Positions 23,001-35,000 of a DNA stretch of 64,000 bases are shown piece after piece. The DNA is from Raillietiella orientalis. Lineage: Eukaryota. The notes under the pieces were generated by a model. That model saw only the letters and a program-made list of their open reading frames with translations. It had not been told where the DNA came from and made no database searches. The translations under genes and the position numbers were made by a program. Location: assembly GCA_036172245.1 (NCBI GenBank), contig JAYWIR010000023.1, positions 3,038,001 through 3,102,000 on the forward strand. The letters run 5' to 3'. Position 1 is the first letter of the stretch; each line of letters starts with the position of its first letter.

Positions 23001-26000
23001 GCTGGCGCTTCAGCTGCCTAGAATCTCTGCTGAGAACAAAGGACAGTGTTCTCGACGGGAGCACAAAAATGGTGGGTCCAATGACTTCAGGAACCAGGAT
23101 CCTCCTTCCCTACGCGCGAGCGTGGTCCCCACTCGTAGAGCGAGACAATTTGTGGGGAAGGGGCAGTGGGATCTCATCCTCCTGGGCGTTCTTAAGAGGG
23201 CACAGCTTGAAATCAGTTCTTTTCGATGCTCAAGACAACTCAGTGACCTCCAGCACAGAGGCCGGAGCCCACTGGCTGATCTCGGTTGCTCTGAGGGAAC
23301 CCCTCCCCGTGCGTCTTCTCCGGACAGAAGTCACTTCGACTCCTCGTTTCGAATGGGCAGAAGCGCACCCAGAGTCTGCAGCATCACAAACAAGAAGGCT
23401 TCCGCGATGCCCTGGAGAAACCTGCATGGTCCATGGACGCTATGGTTACCTTCGCACTAGCTGGTTCGTCCTCCTGCAATCAGATATGGCTCGGGACAAA
23501 GAGATCCATTTTCGTCCGTTAAGAAAACGAGCTTCTGATTCTAAGTGGCTTAAACATCGGCAGCTTGACCGGTTCTACTTCTGGAACAGTTCTAAGGAAC
23601 GCTTTGAGCAGTGTTCGTCGTGACACACTGGACTACAGAAGATGCAGGTCTCCCGGAGGTAGTGAAATGAGAAAAGGTGTTCATAAATCTACCCTTCCGA
23701 TGCTGTAAGTGACGCGAGTCTGGAAAGTTTTGTTTGATTTCCGCTCGCGGTCCTTGAAATAATGCTTGTTTTTATGAGACCTCGAGATATCAAAAGCTCA
23801 AAGAAAACATCCAAGAGTCAGCCTGTTGCTTTTGAAGAAGACCGGAAAACCGAAGGGAGAAAAAAAAGGCAGTGAAATTTTCCTCATTCCAAGTGAATCC
23901 AAAATGCTCCGAATCGAAAAGAAGGCGGTTTGAAATGCTTCGGACGGAATAATGCACCACTGGAAGCAGACCCCACAACAGCTTTCCCTCCGACCGGTGC
24001 TGCTGACGTTGAATTTGCCTGTCAGTCGGAGAAACGGCAAGCCAGCAGACTGGAGGTACAACTCTTCGTATGCCTCATCTCGTTTCGTGAAGGTACTTTG
24101 TTAGAGATTAACCTCAACTTACTAAAGACACCAACGCGCAGAGAACATCAACACGAGACTCTTCCGATGGTGGAGCACTTCTCGGAAACTAATCGCCCTT
24201 TTATTTGTAGATTTTTCCAGCTTATTCCTAGGGAAGATTGCTCCCTCATGTTACACGGAGGGGGGAAAAATGCAGCGTGTGTTCTTCTGAGCAACCGTCT
24301 TCTGCTTTATAAAGTCCCACAAGCGAGGCAATCGTGCACGTCATTTTTACACCATTAAGTCTCTTAGTGCCGCATTACGCCGAGCAACAGTGTGATGGTA
24401 AAGTCACGAACGAGGAAGTTTTCTTGGCCCGCGACTTCACTCTGGTAATGAGTTCTGGCTTTTGATGTGTCTGAGAGCGGCAAGATCGACAGGACTTGCG
24501 CTCGTTTCCTTCTGATGCGATGCCGGCAAACACATGCGATAAAAAATGATCTTAAAAAGAAAGTCCGCATGAGGAACTTTAGGAAGAATCTCTCCTTCGC
24601 CTCATCCGAGTCCGCCAATTAGAGAGATCTCTCTGCAGGATTTGATATTGGAAATGGCATTCATCACGGTATGTAACCATTAGACAGATCTTATTGCCTA
24701 TCATGAATTCATAACGAGGCTGATCATTGGCATTCTAAATTCCGGCTAACCATCCTTTCATACATCTAGAGCTCGCTCACACGGCTCCGTTGACTTTAGA
24801 GAGAAGATCGACTCTTTCATTCCCAGATGCGAGCTTATGCATTGAAACTCACCGGGGGAAAAAATTGAGCGAAAAGAAATGTGATGCTTATGGAAAACGT
24901 CTTGCGTGCCGTTTGCATCTTCTTTGTATATCTATTTCTGTCTTCCCATCATGTATTCAGAGCTATTTTATCTGAATAGTTTATAAAGATATTTTCAAGA
25001 TTGAATAAGTGACTGATCAAAATCTTTGGACTGAAGGGAAATGCTTTCTTTGTTTAGTTTGGAGGACCTTGAGGAACTGCAAGATATGGATTTTTTCCTC
25101 AGTGACCTCAGCATGTGTGATCTAAGCAGAGACATAGCAATGGCAGGCTGGCAGCACATATCAAAGTGAGTAAGCAAAAATTCTATCCGATCCCATCGGA
25201 ATTCCCATGCACCAGAACTTAAAATAGATGTATAGTCACAGTGTCAAATAATGCGTTCCTGCCACGCATGATCTTCTATTTTAGTGTTACATTGGGGGCA
25301 CGAATGGAGTTTGAAAACTTGCTCGGTGTCCCCAATGAAGCATTTTCATAGTGGAACGAACCTCCGTTTCAATGTTAAAAATCACCTGACGTGTGCTGTG
25401 AAGCAGCGTTCTTTACAAGTTAAATTGTGCTGATGTCTGGAACACTCAATGTCGAATCCTGAGAGGGTTGTTAAGGTGTGGCTGGTCAACCAACACAGCT
25501 TGCCCATTTGCTGATGAATCCAGCATCTTGACGGAGAAGTCGTTGTTAACACGCGCAAAAATTCGCCTCCCCGTCCTGATGCGAGTATTTCACTGGAGAC
25601 CTAGTCTTCCCAAGAGACATTTCCTGGTTAGCATGTTTTTTCGTTTCATCTATTGGTTTCATACTTGAGACGCAACCAGATTTCGAGATAGAAAAAAAAA
25701 ACACACACACACACACACACAGCTTCAATGAAGTGAACACCCAAAATTCCTTCTATGAACCATTTCCCATAATTAGTTTGTGTAGAAATAGGTCAAACCT
25801 ATGTGTTCAGGTCCGCGCGTGGGCGTGTTTGGTCGCGCGAACATCTTTTCATTCCTAGCAAGCTCAGCACGACCATTCGCTTTCGTTCACCCACTCTGGT
25901 CAAAACTACCAAGGATATATTACATGGAGGAAGCGACTAGAAGAAATGAATGAAATGAACCCGCCGCAAATTTGGGTTGCAGCAATAGGAAAGGAACTGC

Positions 26001-29000
26001 CTTTCTGAAAGGGCATTGCATGCATGATCTAAGAAATTTATGTGGAACGAGAACAATCAACTTCCTCAGCTGCAGCGAGGGCAGCTTTGGGTAATCTCTT
26101 GACGTTCACTTTCGACTTTCATGAAAGGCAGTATTCGGTTCCATGTTGAGGAAATTAAGGTGACATACAAGAGCCAAGAAAAGGCCATCATCAAAAAAGC
26201 CGCCATAGTTGATTTCAGAGGCTTCCATCAAGAAATCAGTTATTCATCTATACCTGAAAATCGGAAGAGGTAGCGTTTACACCAAGCAGCCTTTGAAGAT
26301 CCTAGAAGGAAAGAGTGTCTAATGGTAGAAGAGAGGGAAACCGAAGTGCATCACCCTATGACGATAATGAACTGATGTCGGATTCTGTCCCTGGTTCGAT
26401 TGAACGTGAACCATCAAGAATCAGACATTCAGATGTTCATAGAAGAAGGGAATTTCCTGCCTTCACATGTCAGAGGTGCGAACTACCCTTCTTAGGATTA
26501 GGAAGAAGGAAAAGAAAATGTTCCTTGTATGAGAACAGTGAAGAGCAAAAAGTCAAGCCTGAGACGCATTTCGAAAACTGCATCGATCGAGACAACCGTC
26601 ATGATTATTCAGGAATGGAGGGTTCGTCCAAATGGAAGCATTAAGGTGAACCAAGATCGTCCTGGAATGATCGATGGAAAAAAACCCAGCCAGTGTCAGG
26701 ACACTGCTGTGACCTTTTTCCTGTAGCTCCCAATGATATCTCCAACCTCACACGAAGTTTCGGAGTTTCGATTCCGGAGGCACCGGCTGACAATGTCCAT
26801 GGATGCCACGGAATCACCGGGCTGCAGAAAAGAGGAAGAGTATTGTAGGAAACGTTTGCTATCTCCAGAGGGCTTGCAAGAAGAATCTGAATGAGTCACA
26901 TGAATGAAGAGGTGTAGAATACTTGTCATTGGTGGGAGCGTTCGCCAGTAAAAGCTGACAGTTCCAGAGAAACAGAATGGTGCGTCTGGTTCTCTGTCTC
27001 ACTGGTGAAAGAAAGTCAGAAGACCTGGCATGTCTGGTTTCATGTTCAGTCCTGTGGTCCCTCACGCCTTCATGTTCCCAGAGATGAGTCTCCTGTGTTT
27101 TTTCCCGGAGAGTGAGGTAAAATTGTAGAAAAATTTTCGAAGATGTTCCAGCAGATCTTCTGTTTACTGATCTCCATCCGTTTCAGGCTGCAGATGAATT
27201 TTGAAAAAGAGGAGCAGAGAAGCAAGCAGCTCCAAAGGAATCTCCAGCTCCTAGATGAATGGAAGAAGAAAAGCGATGTTCTTCTGTACTCAATGCTTCC
27301 GAAGCCCGTGGCAGACAGTCTGCAGAACGATGGCAGCTCTCTGGACACCTGTCAGGTAATCCAGCGGCCCGTGCTTGACTCCCCATTCTGCGGAAAGAGT
27401 CCATCATTGCGCCGGCGGATGGAGCGCAACGGAATTTTCCGAAGAAACTTCTCACGAAGGAATACTCGGGACCACCTGTATGCATTGCGCACGATGCGTA
27501 TGTTCCCATGGGTCAAGCATCCTCGTTAGTGCCACTGTTCCGCTCAGGTTGCGTTCGGAAATGCACTGTCGCGTCCGCTCTACAAAGAGTAGTTTTGCGT
27601 TTCCCTCTACCCTGTCGAGGTGGGAGCTCTGCAGGGAACGTAGTTCATCCTTGCGGTCTAACTCTCTGTCTTTCTCCCGTGATCGGGACGTTTTCCTTGC
27701 TTGACGTTCGGCGCTGCACGGGTTTAGATGGCCTGTAGGTTTCCTCTCGGTCATCCGCATCCCAAGGAGTCTTGCAGATGCTCCTGCCGAGCTGGATATG
27801 GAACGGCACTATCGTCTCGTTGATCTGCTTCTCTCAAGTTGTCGCAATTTCCAGCTCTTCGCAGATCATGCCATTCTTGGGATCCTAGAATCTCCATGAT
27901 CCGACGTTAATCGCATGAACTGACACTCAGGTTCCTGGGAGAGAAGGGAGTGGATATCCCCCCCCCCCTTTTTTTCCATTTCTTTCCTCGTTTCTTTCAC
28001 GTACCTTCTTGAACTCTGCGTCGTGTTTTCGAATGGGTGGCACACTTGAGGTGTTATGACGCGGTTTCCTTTCCATAGACGAGGTCAGGCTGCAGAACGA
28101 TCCTTGGGTGTTCCTTGGCAGCTCGGTGGGATCTGCCGTTTTCCTGAGTCACCTTCTTGATATTGTTGATCACGAAGAAGATGGACTTCCAGGTTCCACA
28201 CACAATATCTTCAGATAAGGGGCAGCTTTCAATCCCACTTCTGGAGCAAGCTGCAAGATCGATCTCCTGTCTGCTTCTTAGCTGGCTCTAGGATAGGCAG
28301 GAGATTAAGACATACGGCACGAATAGACTTGTGATCCGCAAGACGTGAACGTATCTTCCGCTGACAAGAATGTGTAGAGAAATCAAGTTTGCGGCTTTTC
28401 CTTGATTGGGTATTTATCAGTCAGGGATAGCCATGACACGGCTTCGTTGGACGGACGAAACGAACTCTGGATCTGAACTTATGCTGCAATCACAAGTTTG
28501 CTTCCCCATCGTGTTCGCCATCTTCGAAATCCCAGTGTAGATGCATCCGATTGAAAACTGAGTGCACAGTTAGCAGCCGGTGTCTCCCTGAGACTCCTGC
28601 GTTCTGTGACCTGTGTCCACCAGTCGTTCTTCTGATCGCACTCAGAGCACCGTCGCCTCGCGTTTGAGTACGGCTTATCGCAAAAATCCCTGCACCTCAT
28701 CACTCTGGATAGCATCTCTTAAAGAACACTGAAGTTCCGATGTCATCAGCCTTGGCTTCGATGCCAAAAGAGATCTTCAATGCTCCCAAACGTTCTAGCC
28801 GTGTCAATGACACATCCAACAAGCACCTCCCCCTTGAGGGAAATATGTGATCATCTGCTCTGTTTTTCGTGCTTTTCTGAGTGGCTCAGCGCTTCCCGAA
28901 AAGCATTTCTTCGCTGTCATCTATCGGTTCTTTCTCTACTTAGGAAGCTGGATAAAACAAGAATTCTTGAGTAAATCCTTCTTCTCTAGATCATCTAGCA

Positions 29001-32000
29001 ATATCCTTATTTAATCAAAGGACAGACAAGAACATTGGGCTCGTGATTCAATGTCCGTCAATTCGAAAACAGTACGCTAGATGGAGCCGCCCTCAGGATA
29101 TACCTGCAGTTCTCATAGAGGAGACATGAGAAATCACGTGACGATACAACTGACAGTCGGAACGAAATGACCTGTTCGTGGAACGCTGCAAGAAGTTTCG
29201 GTACCGGCAGAATTGGGATTCGGATAGAGCTTTCCTGCTTCCTCTGGAGGCACCGCAGATCCCTCAGGTCGTTCGCTCAGCATTTCTAGCAGTCCTCCCA
29301 AAAAGAGGAAACTCGTTCTGACTGACCTTCTTTTTCGGGAACGGAAACGTTTATTATACATGTAGGCGCATTAGCCACAATTTGAAATCCAATTCAAAGG
29401 CATTCACGAAGAGAGAAAGTGAAAGTCGACGTGCGGAAAGCGGTGACGACGGACAGGTCCCGACCTGACTCTTCCCTTGAGTTTGAGGCTTTCGAGCTCG
29501 CTCATACACCGCCTCTGTGCTCTCAATCCGAATCGGAATGCTATTATTTGCCGCAAGATTGCTCTCCTCATTCAGCTCCAAATTCAGCTCTAAATGAGGA
29601 GAGCGATTTGGCAGCAGATGATGGGCAAATTTGCATCCAGGCGACCTTCACCTTCTGAGATGTCCCCTTTCGATTAATTCTTCCGAGTTCACGGCAGCAC
29701 AAATTCATTCCTCTCGGACGTGTGCTTGAGTCTCAACCTGTACGATCTTCTGTTCAGAGCCCTGCTCGTGGCTGGATCCGACGGAGGAAGCCGTCGCCAT
29801 GGAATCGGTTTCTGATGCAAGTTTTCTCTTCGATGGAACCCTTTCGCAGATTGCAAAAAGATGGGCTGGCACAGAACCGTGTCCTGTCGTAGATGAGAGT
29901 AAAAAAAAACAGTTTTTCTTGAACGAGGATCAGTAAAGGTTTTTAGTGAAACTGTCTCCGGTATCTGTTCTACTGCACAGGTAGACCATCACAGGGATCC
30001 GGGAGATGGATTCTGAAAAACTGGATTTTTGATCTGAATTTCGCGTCTCCATCAGCCACGTGCACGTTCATTGTTGTTGAAATCTGCACTTTCGTCCAAG
30101 GCAGCAGGGTTTAAATACAGGCTGTAGCTGGAAGATGTGCTATCTTGAAGAGAACGACGAAGTGCTCACGACGAACGTTTGAAACAAGCATGTCCTGTGC
30201 GTAGTCGGCATGCCACCAAATGAATTCGACCAGAGATGGGAGCTGAGAAAAGTTTTTTCTTCAGCATCAACAAGAGCTCTTGCATCTCGTTGCCCCGTTG
30301 CTTTCCCTCAGGGCAACAGATTGCCTATGAATCTTTCGTATTGGGCGCTTTTCACTCGGCCTTGTATCACTGCCTGCGTTCCAATTCAGCTGGACTGCTA
30401 TCCGAAAGTTCCAGGCACCAGGAATGGATGAATAGAAAGATCTCGGCAGAAGCGAGGAATCTGGGTTCCCCAGGAAAATAGACACAGAAGGAGGGAAACG
30501 GAAAGCAAAAGTTGACCTCTGGCGTTGAAGCTTAAGGATGAAAAATAATAAGATAAAGTCGGACCTCTGGTAGAAGTCAAATCAGTCGCTGAGATCAGGA
30601 AGAGTTCGATTGGAAATATCAAAATATCCGGATGTAAGAAAGCGTCAGTAGAAGAGAGGGGGACCTTCCAGATGAGGAGGAAAAGGGGAGATGAGTCAGT
30701 CAGTCCAAGGGAGCGTGGGCAGGGAAAAGTGGATGTTCCCACTAGGTTTTGGTAACAAACGGCAGACTCTCGTCAACTCACTTGGAGAGTGTTTGTTGAT
30801 TAGAGAAAGGATCTCTCGATTCTAGGAAATCTCTGAAACATTGTGAGTAGAGTCCCGAGGGAACGAAACTGTTCGAGGATTTCAAGGATTGCTCCCTGTT
30901 AGGACAGTCATCGGATTCCGTTGGAAGGTGGCCATCTCTCTCAAACGTGGAACAACTTGTTTTGGTTTCGGTGCATCAAGAAGTCCCACAGCCAGCAAGT
31001 TCCGTGAATTCGGCAGCTTGTTCTCCCTATGGCTTCGTTTGACTCTTTGACGGGACCCACTTGTTTGAGATGCGATTTTGTAGACGACGAGTTGAGTCAT
31101 CACTCCGCGTATCCGGAAGATGCGCTTTATTCTTCTGCCTCGTTCAACAGAATTCGTCCCAAATTCGCATCCGGCTTGGAAGGGAGCACAAGACTTGCGA
31201 ACTGAGCATTTTGTTTCCTCAGGAGAGAATTGTTCCTTACACAATCCCTCCTGAGAAATAGGAATCATTTCTTCTCGGGCTCATTCCTTATGATTCATAT
31301 AGTATCTCGATGGTCACGCATGAGAATCTTCATCTGCACGTGGCAAGTCTTGCTTGAAAAGCATCAGCATCGCGGCTATCGATCCTTAGAAACGAGATCC
31401 GGGGAAAAGTGATCCCAAAAATTCGTTTTCGACTCATTGCGAGGACGCCACGCAATCCGTCACTCAGTTCGGGAATGATCCATTAGTCCATCTTCACTCA
31501 TTGCCCTTCTGCGTGCGTTCTCCTGTCTCCCGATCTGCTCGATCGACGTGCTTCGATCTTCACTCCCGAAGTTCCTCGAATTTCCGAACGCAAATTAACG
31601 CTTGTAATTTCTTGTTAGGATCCCCTTTCCGTCCTGGAAATTTCTCCCCTCGTCCTGTGGCTGCATGTTAGTTATAGTAATGTTCCCTCGCCTCTGTCCT
31701 CCTGTGTCCTGGTTTCAGTTCTCCCAAAACATCCATAGCCTTCGTTCCTTCACGGAAGGAATCGAACCTTCCTCGTAATCTGATGGATGAACATGTTCTC
31801 CACCAACGTCATTTTAATGAACTCATTTTAATGAACACTGAAGGAGGGGGGGAAACGGGTACTGATTTACGAAAGGAAGGAAGGAAATTGATGGGGTTTT
31901 GGATAAGAGAACAGGAACCTTACGAACAGGAACCTTACGAACAGGAACCTTACGAACAGGAACCTTACGTGCAGTGGCACGTCAGAGAGGCCAATGAACC

Positions 32001-35000
32001 ATTCTTTCTGAGTATTTGTCAGGCGCCCCTGAGCACTTTCCAGAACTCTCTCGCAAGTGATGCATCTCCATCACTGGACTTCCCTTCTTGCTAGCTGATC
32101 GTTCACCCCGATCATGCGACTTACTTTCACTGTTACCGAATGGCCAGAAGATGGATTCCGCTTCAAGCTTTCCTCACAGGAATGAAGCAGTGTTCGCACC
32201 GTTAGTGGGGGACTTCTCGAATCTTGCATCTGAGTCAGCGGGTTTCTCTTCACCTGTCCACTAGAGAGTGTCCCTTTCGACGCGTTTCCGCGATCATATC
32301 CAGCCCCAGAATCAGCACAGGTCTTTCGAGAAGCGGTGCCATTCCCATCTGCTCCCATTAATGTGCACATGGTCTTCGGTCCGAGAATCCTTCCTGACCT
32401 CCTGAGCCGTATCTCTATTGGAAGTTGGATCTCGCAGTCAGAAATCACAGAAGGTCGTTCTTCTTTCGCCCTGCCCCAACACAATCCTCTTTCCTTACAA
32501 GTGAGATGCAAGGAATCGTTTCTTTCGCACTGCTAATCATCTCGTTTCTTTGGTTTGCTGAAGTTCCGCTTCTGTGAGCATTCTCCCGGGTTCCTTCCGC
32601 AAGCAGGTGCGATTCCTCTCTCGAAAAAAATATCCACTTCATCTTATTGTTCCGTTTCCCAGAAACCCAAATCATTCGCGAAGAATGCTCGGAGAATTCC
32701 CGAGATTGCTTCGAAGCTGCTTGATGAAACTGTTTTATCCTTGTTAGCTTCCTTCAGGTCAAACCGGGAACAATGTGCTCGATTTCCTCTCAGCCGCTCA
32801 GGTGCTCTGAGTCAGCAAGTAGGAAACAGCAGTTCTGGTTTCTCTTATTGTGTCTTGCAAGCCTGGAATTGCTGGTACTTCCTAAAATGGTCGGCTGGGA
32901 CGAATCGAGTTGGGTGATATTCCGAACTCTTTAGGCAAGACGTCCAAGGACTTGATTCCTCCCTATACGACTCTTGATCTCTTCCAAGCCTCTTTTTGTG
33001 GAGCGCTTAGCCAGCTTCCTGGAGAGCCCCTAGAACCTCCGCATGATGAAAGGAGCTGTCTTTTGTCCAAGAGAATTTTCACGAGCGGACCACTGGGGAA
33101 CATAGAAGAGCCGTCGAGGTGGTGTGGTAGCTCATCGACGTCTTTGCTTCCATCAGTCCAATCCATCCCGGAGAGTGCAGCTTGCTTGTTTGTCTGTTTG
33201 CTCTTCGGCGATGAAGGCAACGCAGTTGGATGGTAACCTCAATACATCACAAGAAATCGAAAACCCCCAGTTGGGAATCAACCAACCGAGGCTATCACTT
33301 CGAAGAAGGTGACCATCACCTGATGAATTCGAAGACCCGCTTACCAGTAGCAGGGACACTTTGCAAGAGTGGGAGTTAGAGTCCTGAGTAGAGGGAATCA
33401 CTGGGCATTCAAAGAATAACATCGGCTATCATTCCCCGCTTACCAATCAGCGAGGAGCAAAGGCATCCCTCCTTGCTGACAACACGGCACATCAGAAAAG
33501 AATCCTCACCCCGAGCCAGACGCGATTTGCCTCTACTAGCACTGCTCCTTCCCCTCGTTACATCCTTGGACCCATCACGAGTCTGCGAAGTCCCAGCCGA
33601 GTTCCTCTTTTTCATCTTTGAGATGTTTTTAGTAACACCGCGATTGATGCTGTTCTCTTGCCTTTGCCCCCATTTTTCCGCCTTAAATGCACGTGGGAGC
33701 TTTTCCTTTCCACAGCGGACCAGAAGACTTCCTGAGATCCCCATCCATCCTCTCCTAAGGTCAGACTTGCCACCCTTGAAGACCTGCCCATGTGCTGGGA
33801 TTCCAGGAAACCCGGGCGACCGCGCGCGCGTTCTACGAAGCCATTCGGCGCTCTCCCGGCGTCACTGACTGTGCGAAAGTCGTCCCTAAGGTCACCGTCT
33901 CTCCCTGACTCCAAAAGGCGATCTTCACCTGGAGCGGAAAATCGTCTTCACCACCGTACGTAGTGGTGTCTCCGGTTGGTCCACGGCGACGAGAAACAAG
34001 AATCGCCACGACTGATCCTTGCACGGCGATCTCCACACAGAGATCCTTCCTTAGGAGTTTCCATCATCCCCCTATTTGACATATTCTGAATCCTGCAGAA
34101 TCTGCAGAGAAAAGGCTTGAAAAATCAGCAGCAGCGGCGGTCATCACTCAACGTAGCAACCGAGTAATGGGATCCGTGGACCATGTGCGAAAGACATGGT
34201 CCACTGACCAGATCTGTCAAAGGCAGGCTTTCAGAACGGAGAATTAAAGCTCTCCGCGGGTACGTGAAGTGGAAGGCCGCCGGGAATGGTCGAAGAGAAC
34301 TGTCCTCGGGATTCCATCCTGATCTCCGGAAGATCCAGCCGGGGACTTTGAGATGAGGAGCTTCCCAAGCCAGGGAGTGAACCGAACCGAGAAGTAGGAA
34401 TTCCCGCCCTCGAGTAGAGGGAGAGTTCCTGGAGGCACGAGGGGCAGCATCGAAACCGGACACCCGGCCGCCTTTCCTCAAGGGTAGCAGGTGGAGAGGG
34501 ACGTGGGTATCCCACCAGGGAAGAGATGCTCCTCCCGATGCAATCCCCTGCCTCCATCGCGGAATTGCAGCAGCCCTGCCGCGTCCGCTTCCACTCGAGG
34601 TCGTTTCAACTTTGCCCTCCCTCTCTCTCCCTGCAGAATTTCGAGGAGGTGTCTCTGCTCTTTTGCGAAATCTACGACATCTCCCACCAGATCATCAATG
34701 CCTCGCCCATGGAAACCGTGGACTGCATCAACAGGATCTTCACCGCATTTGACTCGATACTGGACGAGCACGAGGTGTACAAGGTGAGTGAGTCCGCACA
34801 TCCTGCAGCTGCGCATGGTCTCGGGCACGGAGGCTGCGTCGCGAAGGAGAGTGGCTGCGCGACGCAGAGGAGGCCAAACGCACGAGCAGAAAAGCAAGAG
34901 GCGCGGGTGGACTCACGGCTGTGCTAAACCCTGAAGATTCTTCCCCAGCCTCCGGATCCTCGCGTGAATGCGCCATAAGGCTTGGAGGGGCCACGGGGGT

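Noticed and set aside
11700..23650. Many long overlapping ORFs (e.g. 17949-18728, 20260-20952, 22931-23623)
   Set aside because: They are Arg/Pro/Gly/Ser-rich, open in several frames on both strands and have no domain motifs, as expected by chance in GC-rich intron or TE DNA.
31909..31968. CRISPR-like array or an EQEPY-repeat protein (ORF 31783-32094)
   Set aside because: The units are contiguous with no spacers in a eukaryotic intron. The peptide repeat is just the translation of the minisatellite.
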